Of a stretch of 64,000 bases of DNA, positions 51,298 to 64,000 are shown piece after piece (the first letter of the stretch is position 1; each line of letters begins with the position of its first letter). Under the pieces are notes generated by a model, which made no database searches, was not told the DNA's origin, and saw only the letters and a list, made by a program, of their open reading frames with translations. The stretch comes from Malacoraja senta (lineage: Eukaryota): the NCBI GenBank assembly GCA_038087875.1, contig JAXLNO010000438.1, positions 248,001 to 312,000 of the forward strand, written 5' to 3'. A program made the position numbers and the translations under genes.

Positions 51298-53470
51298 CAT
51301 TTAACAATCTTTGAATAATTTATAACAATGCAACTGCAGCATTGTTTTTTTTTAAATCAGCACATCCAAGAATTTGTTGTTGTTTGGTCTCAAAATGTCA
51401 GTATTATCCTAGGCTTTGTCTGTTCTATGTAGGTGGTAACTTAAACATCCAAAACATTCGAAAAAATGTATTTTTCAAAATCAGAATCTGTCCAAGATAC
51501 CATACCCAAGTCATCCTCTTACATATCTAATATGTTACAATAAAGTGTATTTTTTGGGTAAAGTAGGCTTAAATGTTTGCAGTCTATTAAATGTAGTATG
51601 TAGAGACTACATGAAGAGCCTAAAATTTATCATAGAATTGGAAAATCTACCTCATCAGAGGAGGCCATTTGGTCCACCATATTCATGCTGATCAAAAATA
51701 GCTGTTTAGCTGTCCCAATTCTTAGACTATGGTGCCATAGGCTATGGTGCTCCATGTTCATCCAGGGCTTTCTTTTTAAGGCTTTCTTTCACCATCATCC
51801 TTCAAACTGCAAGTTCCAGTCCATCAATGTTTTCAGTGAAAATTAAATTTCCCAACTCCTTCCAATAAATTCATCTCCCCTAGTTATTAACCTCTCTGCT
51901 AAGAGAAACACGTCAGGACCCATCAACTTCTCACCAACAAGAGAGCGGTCCTGACCTACCATCTACCTCATTGGAAACCCTGGACTATACTTGCACTAAG
52001 CGTTATTCCCTTTATCCTTTATCTGTACACTGTGGATGGCTTGATTATAATCATGTATAGACTTTCCTCTGACTGGAACAAAAAAGCTTTTTCACTGCAT
52101 CTTGGTACACATGACAATAAACTAAACAACTTTGTACATAACAATTAAATCTTTCAACTTCCTTGGTCCCAAGAATATAATCCCACCTTAATCTTTAATG
52201 TTTTATATTCTACACCTTCAATACCATCTTCTTAAATCTTTTCTGTTTTCTCTTTAGTGCCATCACATCCTTCCTGTAATGTAGTGACCAAGACTGTATG
52301 TAGTATTCTACCTGTGATCCAATAATGAATCATTGAAACCCCAGATGAGACATGATGAGAACATAAAGCACATACTTGTATTCTCTAGCTGTTTTACTTG
52401 AATTATTCGAGCATTCGACTGCATACGCTGAACTGATGAGGTCACTTTCACCAAATCCTATGTGTGGTTTAAGTAATCAATTAGGGATGCCCATCTTGAA
52501 TATAAATGTTGTGGTAATCTGTTAGGTTATTCCAAAAATGTTATAATTGTACTTTGTCATACGCAGCCATCAATTTGCAGAAATGACTCATCCACAGATG
52601 ATAAGATCATGATTCCTAAAATTAAATTTGTACGTATTAAATTATCATCCCCATAGCAATGTCTGAGAGGTGCAATCTGAAGTGAAATTTGCATCAGAAA
52701 TGAATCTGAAAATAAGTTTGCTTGTGAACAAGTGTATTTTGTACCATAAATCAAAAAACACCTTTCCCACTCTCTTCTGAAGGTTCTGTGCCATGGCTAA
52801 GATTCCTTTTTGTTGGCTCATGCTTAGTTTTTAATTTAAAATGTGTCATTGGACCTTTCTTTTTGCTTAGGAAGTCCCAGTAAAGTCTGTTCAGAATGTC
52901 TGGAGCAGTATCATATAACCTTTGAAATAGTGTTTCCTGATTAATAGCCAGAGCTTTGATTCATTTTTAAAAGTCATTTGGGTTAACGATTCTTCTCCAG
53001 CTGATTGGTAATTTGGTGTTTTGTCCCATTATGGTCCATAGTCGCAGTCAATAAAAAAACGAGTTCTCCTGATTCTTGTTCACTTGATTGTTTTCATGAG
53101 ACTCCCATGGATAAATGTAACAGCTTTCTAAAAAGTTTTCTTTCAACTCTAAATTTTAACATGGTTGGAAAGGGATCTTGTTGCTACTTACAGTGGGGTA
53201 AGAAGCCCATGAGTGGTTCTTTAAACTGGTCATCAGAATTTCTCATCATCATATTATATTTATGCTACACGTGGGATATAGTCAATAGGCTATAAAGAAA
53301 AATCTTCATGTGCAGGTAAATTAATCAGTAAACAGATTAAAACCAACTTTACCTATTCGCAATAACTCGGTAAACTATAATTTTTGGAATAAATTAAAAA
53401 TGCATCAACAAATAAAGCATCTTGGTAACAAATACTTTGCACATGGTGAATTTAATCAAATGCTTCTTAC

Positions 53471-53496
53471 CAGATTTCTTCTTTGCAACTGGTTCT
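53471..53496 (-). CDS. SH3PXD2B: SH3PXD2B 26-nt coding micro-exon, (E)EPVAKKKS(G), after the PX domain
   Basis: ttatttcag|AGAACCAGTTGCAAAGAAGAAATCTG|gtaaga. Resembles Tks4 EEHIGKKKSG; phase 2 in and phase 1 out, which fits the next exon. Confidence 0.88.
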
Positions 53497-54974
53497 CTGA
53501 AATAATAAGAAATAAGTTGTAACGAGTGAATGAAATAGTTGGCTATTATGTCAGTAAAAGTTACAAGACATCGAACCTTAGCATTTATAATCAAGATTTA
53601 GTTTTAAAATTCAAGAAACAATATATGGGAATGGTCCAATCACCAATATTATATTGACAGCAATTTTCAATCTTTGTAAAGTACCATAAATGCAGTGGAA
53701 AGAATTCCTGTTCCCTTGCCAGGACTAAAGAAACTGGTTGTCTGCCAACCTGCATTCAATCTCTATTTAACGTGCAGCAATTGACAAGTGGATAGATTAA
53801 ACATCGTTATTTTCATGATTACTGATCAGAGCTGGGAAATTGAGCTGGGAGTACAACACTCAAAAAATTATTGGGCTGACAGAAATTGAGTGAAGGCGAT
53901 AAGGTGAAGAAATACTTCTCACAATGTTTGACTACAATGTGCAAGCCCAAAATCTATTAAGTATTGACTTTGCCAAATAGAAGTCTCTGTGCATTAGGTG
54001 CAATGGTGTAGCTGATGGAGGTCAATGGGGACCAACAACAATCCCTCTGAAGTGATCCGTCTGCAGTGATTGTTGTGTCAGGTATTGCAGAGCTGTTCAG
54101 TCAGGTAGGACATTCTGGCAGTACAAGTCAACAAGAACAAGGACTGCAGGAAGAATTAGTAAATTAACCAGAGCATTTGTGCGACAATGGTCCATTTGAG
54201 TTCGGGGAGTGGAATGCAATATTGGTGGGAAACAGCAGAGACAGAGAAATATGTTGGAAAGAACTGCAGATGCTGGTTTAAACCAAAGATGGACACAAAA
54301 TGCTGGAGTAACTCAGCGGGACAGGCAGCATTTTGTGTCTATGTAGACAGAAAAATAAATACTTTTCTCTGCTCTCACTTGGACGAGTCCAAAAGACCCT
54401 ATAGCAGGGTTTACTCTTCAAGGGTGGAGAGGAACTTGGAGTGGGAGAGAAAATATATGGGTGGGAACCAAAGACATTGAAAGGACTAAGGAGGAGGTTC
54501 AGCTTAAGGAGTATGACTAGCATATACACTAATCTCCAGATTACTGGTTTACCCACATGCAAATGACACAAGTTCCATAAGATCAGAGAGTTGATGGTTC
54601 AAACATTGGCTTGATAAAAGAGGATTTCAACATGCAGAATAATTATCAGTGCCAGGGAAAGAAGTTATTATGTTAGGATGTACGCCACTTGAACTGGACA
54701 CAGCCTGATCTCTTAGTGAATCACGTAATCAGAACTATGGACAAACTTTCAGCAATGTGGTTGTGGGCCGATTCTGCTGAGGCATATTTTAGGAAGATGA
54801 TGAGAAATGATGTGGTCACAATGCGATATTACAAAATGGGTACTGATAACTAGAATCTGTCAGGAAGAGAACAGCATACACACACATATCGACAATTTGA
54901 GTCAAAGCAGAAACAAATGATAAGACTTAATTGAAGGATCTTTATCTGAAAGCATGGAACATTCAGAGAGAGAG

Positions 54975-55150
54975 AGTTTCCTCCCAAATTCCAAAGATGT
55001 GCAGGTATGCAGGTTAATTAGCTTCTGTAAATTCCCCCTAGTGTGTAGGACAAATAACTTGTGTACGGGTGATTCATGGTCAGCGTGGACTCAGTGGGCC
55101 AAAGGGCCTGTATCCATGTTGTATCCATGTTGTATCTCTAAACTAAACTC
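54975..55150 (+). mobile_element. SINE 3' half
   Basis: tttcctccca...ctaaactaaac. Confidence 0.7.
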
Positions 55151-55739
55151 TATATTCTACCGCAGTTAGAAGGGAATGCCGAGATAAGTTTGCAATCAGA
55201 TCAGCCATGATTTAATTGAATGGCAGGGCAGAGTTGAGAAGCCAAGTGACCTGCTCTTACATATCCCTTTAAAGTGAAAAAAAAATTACCAACCGGAGAA
55301 ATGGTCCAACCATAGCTATCTAGAGGTCAAAAACAGTATTCAGTGAAAGAAGAGACTCATAGAACATTGCCAAAAGCAAAAAGCAGTTTTCAACAGAGAA
55401 GGTTCATGAACGAAAGAGTAGAAAACAAGAGTAATCTATTATGAAATATGGAGAAAAAAGACTATAAAGATGGTGTGCACTTTCTCCCTCTGACATACTT
55501 ATTCACCTCCTCTCCCTTCAGTGTGAAGATAGGTGTGCAAATAGGTAAAGACCAAGACTGTTAATATGGGTTCCTTACAGACTGAAACTAGAGAAATTAC
55601 ATTGAGAAATAAGGAAATGCAATAAAACTAAACAAATATTTTGTTTCTGTCTTCATGGAAGACACAGAAAAACCCCTGAACATAGTGAATGAGGTCATGA
55701 AAGAAAGTAGCTTTAGTTAAAAAATAATTAGAATCAGTC

Positions 55740-56400
55740 ATAGTCATTCAGCATGGAAACAGGCTTTTCTGCCCAACTTGCCCACATTGACCAACATGTC
55801 CCATCTACACCAGTCCCACCTGCCTGCATTTGGCCCATATCCTTCTACAACTATCTTATCCATGTACCTGTCCAAATATTTCTTAAACGTCACGATGGTA
55901 CCTGCCTCAACTATCGCGCCCCCCCCCCCCCCCCCCCCGGCAGCTCGTTCCATATACCCACCACCTTTTATGTGGAAAAATTACTCCTCATGTTCCTAAT
56001 AAATCTTCCCCACCCCCACCCCCCCCCCCCCCCCCTGCCCTTCCCCTGGTTCTCAATTCCCCTATTCTGGGCAAGAGACACTGCTTTTACCCATTCTATT
56101 CCTATCACGATTTTTTACACCTTTATAAGATCACCCCTAATCCTCCTGCACTCTAGCCTGCTCAACTTCTCCCTATCGTGCAGGCCCTCAAGTCCTGGCA
56201 ACATCCTCGTAAATTCTTTCTGCACACTTTCCAGCTTGACGACATCTTTCCTATGACATGGTGCCCAGAACTGAACACAATGCAGCCTCACCAACGCCTT
56301 ATATAACTGCAACATGACCTCCCAATGTCTATGTTCAATACTCTGACTGATCAAGGCCAATGTGTCAAAAAGCCTTTTTGACCACCATATCTACCTCTGG
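55740..56400 (-). mobile_element. CR1 3' remnant
   Basis: LQLYKALVR..CVQFWAP..RGDLIKV and TFKKYLDRYM peptides. Confidence 0.8.
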
Positions 56401-58696
56401 CTTCACTTTCAAGAAAAATTCTGAAGAAAGCAATGGGACTGAAAGCTAATAAATTCCTTGGCCCCAAGAACCAGCATCTGAAGGTTAGAAAAAAGATAGT
56501 CTGCAGTTTCTTTCGCTGCCACAGTATTTTCTATTATTATAAATGTTGTAGCCAGGATTCGTGGATTTTCCTTCCACTTGTAAGCGCTGCTCATCTACTG
56601 TAAATCCAAATCGTAACAAAATCTCTGCCCAAAATTTAGCTCATTGTCCAACACTGCCTTATGGCTGGGAACACTGCAATCCACTAGAACTAGACAGACA
56701 AATTCAAACCAGTTCTACTAAAGTCAGAGGAGCTAATCTAGTTGTGCACACTCTTCATAACACGAGAATTTTTAAATGATTGGATTTTTAAAATGTTAAT
56801 TCAAAATGTATCACATTTCTGGAATCAGAACTGTAGATTCATTTTATTTGCATCTTTCCATTTTATATTAAATCTCCCATACACAGTTTGGCTTCATCAA
56901 TGCTATGTTGTCTGTTCCAGGAAACTATATTATGCCTGATAAAAAAAAGATTTTTCTAATATAGTGTAAACAATCATAAAGAGCTTGTTAGTGATTACTG
57001 CATTTCTAATTGGCACTCTAATCCCTGCAGGCACACAAAAGCTATTTACTGGGGAACATTTCATACCAATTTCTGGATATTTAAAATAGCTTTTTGGCAA
57101 ATATCAGCAAGATATTCAAACGGAAACCCCTCATCATTAACTTACTGGAAATGGATGAACAACTGATTTTGTGTTGTCCTCTCAAACGAGCATAGAAATG
57201 ATGAAGTCTTCGGACTCTATTGGTTACAGTTTTGCTATTTGTGTGGAGTTGTGTTCTGTGAGGGTACTTTACTGGCTTACATGTTATGACACAGAAGGAG
57301 GTCAAATGACCCATCTGGCTGGTGAGGAGGGGGCCATGGACCCCAAGCAGGACCAAAAACAAGACCTGTCAAAGGGCGGATGAACTCCTAGCGAGCCAAC
57401 AGCCATCTAGACCAGTAGAAGTTGCCATCTCTGTCGTACCATGCCCGTTGATGTTTTTGATGATGATGATGATGGTGTATTTGTGAGTATGTGTATATAT
57501 ACACACTGAACACTGAACATTTTTTTTCTCTCTCGTTTATTATATTGTTTACAGTGTACTATGTTTACATATTTTGTTGTGCTGCAGCAAGTAAGAATTT
57601 CATTGTTCTATCTGGGACATATGATAATAAAACACTCTTGACATGCCTACCAACTCTGTGTATTTTGCCACTTGACTACACTTAGAGATATTTATCTGTA
57701 TCCAATTAATTGCCCACCATGTCTGCGAGATGAAACCAGAGACCCTGTGGAACCAGATGCACTGGAGATCAGGATTGGTCCCTGGGTCCCCAGAGATGTG
57801 GCACAGAAGCTGATACGATGTTACGTTCCTGCTGGCTCAACTACAGATGTTGGTTTACATGAAAGGACGCAGAGTGCTGGAGTAACTCAACAGGTCAGGC
57901 AGCATCCCTGGAGAACATGGTTAGATGACATTTCGGACAGGGACCCTTTTTTTAGTCTGTTTGTGTTCCTTTGAGTTCTATTAGCTTAAAGTTCAGTACT
58001 AAAATGAAGACCACCAGTAATCAAAGGTAGTAGAAGCAAGTTGCTTAACATTTTTTTTTTTTTAAACAAAGCATTTTAGTATTCAAAGCAGCACTGGCAA
58101 GTCTTATTTATTAAGGAAATGAAAGGCATTTATTTAAATACCAATTGAATTCACGAGAATGCGGGCAAAATGTCATAGACAAGATAAAGCAGTGGAGTTT
58201 GTAAGCACTAGACAATTAGGATCAGCATGAAAACAGATTTAGGGCAGCAGTGGAGACATAGTGTTGTTCCACCACAGGAAGCAGATTTACAATGTGTGAC
58301 CACATTATCTAGAGGACAGAACTCAAACCAGGTATTTGAAGATAGGGAACAATTTATCAGTGAACAAGACCAAAAAGCAGCTGTGTTAGGTACACAACAA
58401 ATTTTAAATCGATTTCAATTTACAATATTCATAATGTATTCTAAATTTATCAAGTTTTACAATAACGATAGTACATGAACAGTAATGTTTTCCAACAAAT
58501 TACTTCTTGCAAAATCCAAGCACCACATTTATCATTCACTTTGCAGGATTTTGGCATTGCTAGTAAGGCCAGTATTTACTGCCTGTCCCTGTGTGTCCTT
58601 GTGTATGTGGTATTGAGCTGCCTTGAACTGCTGCAATCTTTTGTGTGAAGAAACAATGTTGCTGTGTAGGGAGTTCAAACAGGATGGTATCCCATT

Positions 58697-58974
58697 TTCT
58701 TTTAGGACCGAGATGAGAAAAACATTTTTCACACAGAGAGTGGTGAATCTGTGGAATTCTCTGCCACAGAAGGTAGTTGAGGCCAGTTCATTGGCTATAA
58801 TTTAAGAGGGAGTTAGATGTGGCCCTTGTGGCTAAAGGGATCAGGGGGTATGGAGAGAAGGCAGGTACAGGATACTGAGTTGGATGATCAGCCATGATCA
58901 TATTGAATGGCGGTGCAGGCTCGAAGGGCTGAATGGCCTACTCCTGCACCTATTTTCTATGTTTCTATGTTTCT
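58697..58974 (+). mobile_element. Young CR1 3' end (same family as 7298-11637)
   Basis: FRTEMRKTFFTQRVVNLWNSLP and a (TTTCTATG)n tail. Confidence 0.9.
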
Positions 58975-59104
58975 GAGGGAACCTAAGAATGGTGGGGTTC
59001 CTGCGTACTTACTACCCTTATCCTTCGTGATGGTAGAGATCATGGAGTGGTGGGGTGCTGTTAAGAGTAATCAGCCTTGTTTTTATATTCTTGTCCCCAT
59101 TAAA

Positions 59105-59640
59105 TGAATGCACTCCCAAGTCCCTTTGCATCTCCGATTTCTGAATCCTCTCCCCATTTAGAAAATAATCTGCACCTTTATTCCTTCTGCCAAAGTGCAT
59201 GACTGTACACTTTGCTATGCTCTATTCCATTTGCCACCTCTTTGCCCACCCTCCCTATATGTCCAAATCCTTACGTAGCCTCCCTGTTTCTCTCAACACT
59301 ACCTGTCCCTTCACCTATCTTCGTATCATCTGCAAACTTGGCCACAAACCCGTCAATTCCATCATTCAGATCATTAACATACAAGGTGAAAAGTAGTGAA
59401 CCAAACACCGACCCTGGTGGAACACCACTAGTCACCAGCAGCCAACCAGAAAAGGCCCCCTTTATTCCCAATCTTTGCCTTTTGCCAATCAGCCAGTCTC
59501 TTATGCATGCTATTACCTTGCCTCCAATACCATGGGCTTCTATCTTAAGTGGCACCTTACCAAAATCCAAGTAAACAACATCTACCAACTTCGCTTTGTC
59601 TATCCTGCTTGTTACCTCCTGAAAAAAACTCCAACAGATT
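59105..59640 (-). mobile_element. CR1 RT remnant
   Basis: VTSGVPPGSV..KFADDTKIG. Confidence 0.85.
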
Positions 59641-60369
59641 GCCTCTAACGATTAGCTCGAAGAAGCCTGATAAGTTATAACGAGGTTTTACAGCTTTTAG
59701 ATTCTAAATAGTCATCAATGCAGTTCATTTTTTACTCTAGTCATGTTCCAAATTTAACGTAGGGTAAAAAGGTAATTAAAAAACTCTTTACGTGAATTTT
59801 CATCTTTGTGAATTCTTTATTGGTTGCTCAACTGTTGGCTGGCGGGGGTCCAACTGAACAAATGCCTAATATTAGCGCGTCTTCGGAAAAATATTATTCT
59901 TGCACAGAATTGTCAGTATGCTGGAATCACATCTTATTTTTATGAGGATTGATACATTCTACCCAATATCTACTAATGAAATTGCATATTCCAGGGCTGT
60001 TCCAAAAGTGTTTCCTTTTGATCGGGACATAACACACAATGATTTATGAGCATTTATGAGTATCTATTTTATTTAAGCTCTCCAGTGATAGATCACGCAA
60101 ATACTAACTCTTCGTAAGATTGATTAAGCTACTTTATTTTCTCTTAGGTAAACATAGAGAATAATAACTATGATTAGATTTACATTTTCCATCAATGCAA
60201 CTTGTTTTTGAGTGCTAATGAGAATATACTGGACATTTAATATTATTGCTTCACTCCTTTGCTTTCTCTTTTAACATTAGGCTTTACTGCCTGTTTGCCC
60301 TCAAAGCAGCCCACTTGCAAAAAAGATAAAGCCTCTCCACAAAGATACAATTTATTTTTTAGTTGCATC

Positions 60370-60660
60370 AAACCTGGGTCTCACTGCACACCTGGTACTA
60401 CTCCTGACCCTGACTCCAGTTGCATACCTTCTCTCATTCCTGACCCTGAGTCCAGCCTTACACCTGGCCCCCTATTCTACCCTGATCATAGCTGCTTACC
60501 TGCTTAGGTTCCCAGTGCTGAACACTCCCCTGGTCCTAGCTTTGACTGCATACCTAGTACTATTCCAGACCTTGACTCTGGATGCACACTTGGCCTTGCT
60601 CCTAGCCCCTCTGCACTGACAATATATCTGGCCCACACATAAAGCCCCATATCTGACCCC
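60370..60660. repeat. Degenerate tandem repeat (cctgaccctgactcc-like units)
   Basis: Recurring cctgacc/cctggcc/catacct motifs. Confidence 0.45.
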
Positions 60661-61439
60661 CTTGACTTAACCTGTTACGTTCAAGTCCACAGGTGCTTAT
60701 CTAATGCGGTAATCTTTTATGGGGCACTTCACAGACCAAATTATGTACAACAAAATTTGCTACATCCATTGGCTTCCTTGTTATCTAACATGCTAATTAC
60801 TTTGTCAAATAAGTCATCAATTGGTTGAACACACTTTCTCATCCATACAATTATACTCACTCAGCTGTATAAGTATTCTGTTACCATTTCTTTCATTTTC
60901 CTAACAAACTGTCCTGAAGTCATTTTCACCTCCAATATTTTCAGTATTTTGCTGTCTTCCTCTCAGCTGGGACTTTTCCGAAATGCAAAGTCCAATAACT
61001 ATATATTTAAGCAATATTATTCTGTTAAATGTGATCTTGAGAGTACATAATATTTTCTGTGGTATTCATAACACAACAATGATAAAAAAATCTTTGTTTT
61101 GATTGCACCTACCAACATGCATACATTATTATATTACAGTTAATATGAACCGAGGACACATTTTGTTCCAATGCTCCCCATTCCCAATTACTTTTATGTT
61201 GAAGTGATTGAAATCCAAGTGAAGTTTAAATGGCATCATAAAAATAAAACCTCCGGAATGGATGATATTCATTACGTGGTTGGTTGTGGTCAGTATCAGC
61301 ACAATTACTATATTAAACTTTGAATCTTCAGATGTCCTGATTCAAGCTAAAACTAAAGACAAATAATAATGTTCTCACACATTCCCCTGCAAGTATCTCT
61401 GTCACTCCTTTAAAATATGCCTCTTCTTTGAACAAGCTC

Positions 61440-61877
61440 TTACATCCTTCTTTATGTCTACAAAGCCCTTAACGGGCTTGCCCCCACCTACATCAAAAGT
61501 CTGCTTACCCACCACACCACCTCCAGGTCCCTCAGATCGGCCAACTTGGGGTTACTGAACATCCCGCGGTCTAGGCATAAGCTCAGGGGCGACCGCGCCT
61601 TTGCGATTGCAGCTCCTAGACTGTGAAACAGCATCCCTCTTCCCATCAGAACTGCCCCCTCCATCGACTCCTTTAAGTCGAGACTTAAAACTCATCTTTA
61701 CTCTCAAGCCTTTCTTGACGTCCTCTGAGGGAGGGCTATATGTATGTATTTATGTATGTACTTAATCTATGAAACAATGTTGTATAACGTTAGCACCTCC
61801 ACCAATGTAAAGCACTTTGGCCAACGAGAGATGTTTTTTAAATGTGCTATAGAAATAAAAGTGACTTGACTTGACTT
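61440..61877 (+). mobile_element. L2-type LINE 3' end
   Basis: KALNGLAPTYI..RSLRS..GDRAF..FKSRLKTHLY peptide, tgtaaagcactttg stem, (GACTT)n tail. Confidence 0.85.
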
Positions 61878-62519
61878 AAATATCGCTTCGGAAACATCTG
61901 ATTACACTCCTTGAGGATGTTCAATTAATAAAACAATGAGATTGGGGACATTTCTATTCAACCTGTCAAAGGAATTGGGGGGGGGTTTCGAAATAGTCAG
62001 TGAGATAAACAAACATAATAGTTGAGTGGCAAATGACAATAGTGCTACCTTCCCAATATTTGAAAGAAATAATGGGTTATCGGGGTTGTATGTTGTGACA
62101 GACAGCCTGACACCTTGCATGTCATTTTAATATTACACTTATCCCATCCCCCTGGATATTCCGGATTAATAAATTAAGGTTTTGTCAACTAATTACAAAT
62201 CAGGCTAATTACAAATCAATAACATTAGCCAACTCCGAAACATGAAGCGCTGAGCATTGGGATCCAGACATCACGGATAACTGGGAGGCGCGGAGCGTTT
62301 TTGAAAGTTGGGGGGGGGGGGGGTGCTGTGCGATCACTGATCGCTGATCACTGGCCTTGGGGGTACCCAGTGAGGGAGTGGAGTAACCGAGTGGGGAGAG
62401 GGTGTGGAAGGGAGGTGTCCCCCCTCCCAGGGTAAGGACTTTTTTAAATTTGATGTATTAAAATCATGTTTTAGTGCATTGTAGAAGTATGATTTTAATG
62501 TTTTTGTATTTTTAAGAGG

Positions 62520-63165
62520 TAACTTTTTAAGGGGTAACTTTTTCCACATAAAGGGTGGTGGGTGTATGGAACAAGCTGCCAGAGGAGGTATTTGAGGCAG
62601 GGACCATCCTAACATTTAAGAAACAGTTAGACTGATACATGGATAGGACAGGTTTGGAGGTATGGACCAAAAGCAGGTAGTGTAGCTGGGACATGTTGGC
62701 GGGTGTGGGCAAGTTGCACCGAAGGGCCTGTTTTCACACTGTATCACTCTATGATTACATTATACCTCCATCATGCATGAATGCTTCAAAATCAAGTGGT
62801 TAAGTTTTATTGCCATAAACTCAAGCATTGAAACATAGAAAATAGGTGCACGAATAGGCCATTCAGCCCTTCGAGCCAGCACTGCCTTCAATATGATCAT
62901 GGCTGTTCATCTAAAATCAGTACCTCTTTCCTGGTTTTTTCACCATATCCCTTGATTTCGTTAGCCCCAAGATCTAAATGAAACTCTCTCTTGAAAATAT
63001 CCAGTGAATTGGCCTGCACTGCCTTCTGTGGCAGAGAATTCCACAGATTCACAACTCCCTGCATGAAGAACGTTTGTCCTCATCTCAGTCCTAACTGGCC
63101 TACCCTTTATTCTTAAACTGTGACCCCTGGTTCTGAACTCCCCCAAAATTGGGAAAAATTTTCAA
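62520..63165. mobile_element. Two CR1 3' remnants (plus 62520-62755; minus 62830-63165)
   Basis: RTRGHSLRIKG peptide and CR1 3' UTR motifs. Confidence 0.75.
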
Positions 63166-63273
63166 GAAGTTACAGTAAGTGAAAATCTAGCAGGCAAGCA
63201 GGATGCTTTCTCCAATCACTCCCATTTGAAGTCCACTGTCTTCCACCGTTTCTACCCAGTGCTTGGTACTTAC

Positions 63274-63390
63274 TTCCAGCAGCCACTGGTTGTCCTCCAG
63301 GATGCACCGAGCCGCAGCCTGATCCACACCGGTCACCTGGGAAAACTTGCCACACAGACTCTCACGGCAGCGGCGCATCGCTTCCGACAT
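63274..63390 (-). pseudogene. TDP2: Orphan TDP2-like first exon (UBA-like N-terminus MSEAMRRCRESLCGKFSQVTGVDQAAARCILEDNQWLLE)
   Basis: Resembles TDP2 RRLLCVEFASVASCDAAVAQCFLAENDWEME and ends at GAA|gtaagt, which I recall as the equivalent boundary. CpG-rich. No further TDP2 exons were recognised in the window. Confidence 0.65.
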
Positions 63391-63540
63391 CTCCGACGGC
63401 TCGGGACTCTTGCACTGAGACTGTTCCGTGGCCGGAGCTGCAGTGAGCGACTCGCCAGCCCGGCAAACACTCGCCAGTCCCGCTCCCCATCCGCAACTGT
63501 CCCCGCCGCTGCTTCTGCTTCCAACACCCGTGGCCCATGC

Positions 63541-63673
63541 AGTTGATATGAGTTTTGACATTTTCGTTGATCACAGAATTTCTCACGACAGAGCGTGAGA
63601 AATTTGTGATCAGCGTGAGAATTTGGCGAAATGCGTGATTCTCACGCTCAATGCATGAGAGTTGGCAGCCCTG
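63541..63673. mobile_element. Probable DNA-transposon (hAT-like) terminus
   Basis: Ends GTTGGCAGCCCTG (CAGGGCTGCCAAC on the minus strand) with repeated subterminal GCGTGAGA/TCTCACG motifs. Confidence 0.55.
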
Positions 63674-64000
63674 CCTCTCTATCCCCCTCTCTCTGTCCTC
63701 CTCTCTCTCTCCCTCCCATCTCACTCTCCCGCTCTCTCTCTCACCCCCCTCTCCCCACTCTCTCTCACCCTCTGTCCCTCCTTCTCTCTCCTCTTACCCT
63801 CTCTCTCTCCTCTCTATCTCCCTCCCTCCCCCTTCTCTCTCACCCCCTCCCCTCTCTTTTCCCTACCTCTCTCCCCCTCTTTTTCCTAACTCTCTCTCCC
63901 CCTCTCTTTCTTCTCTCTCTCCACCTCTCTCTCCTCTCTTCCCCCTCACCCTCTCTATCTCCCCCTCTCTCTCTCCACACACTCTCTCCCCTCTCTCTCT
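63674..64000. repeat. Polypyrimidine (CT-rich) low-complexity tract
   Basis: Almost purely C/T for more than 320 bp. Confidence 0.95.

Noticed and set aside
51805..51840. NIDGLE peptide on the minus strand resembling TDP2 TWNIDGLD
   Set aside because: Very short, lacks the TW, is followed by a stop and lies in a decayed repeat; likely chance.

Overview
Vertebrate genomic DNA. The repeat landscape (CR1, Rex1/Babar, Penelope, RTE and HE1/V-SINE-like SINEs) suggests a cartilaginous fish, probably a skate or ray; this is inferred. The window appears to lie within the SH3PXD2B (Tks4) gene on the minus strand. Four canonical coding exons are present (26, 135, 114 and 118 nt; PX-SH3 linker, SH3 #1 and the start of SH3 #2). 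There is also an 84-nt in-frame cassette exon between the two SH3 domains. The introns are filled with transposable elements. These include a near full-length CR1 LINE whose ORF1 ends on an in-frame T-TTA-AAC slippery site, a near-identical inverted CR1 3' half, and a near full-length Rex1/Babar LINE with an in-frame (AAKST)n minisatellite. They also include a PIF/Harbinger MITE, Penelope remnants and several TSD-flanked ~95-bp units that start at a hammerhead-ribozyme-like core. An orphan TDP2-like first exon sits beside a DNA-transposon end near the right edge. There is one 200-N assembly gap. Boundaries of old repeats are approximate, and family names come from remembered motifs, not database searches.
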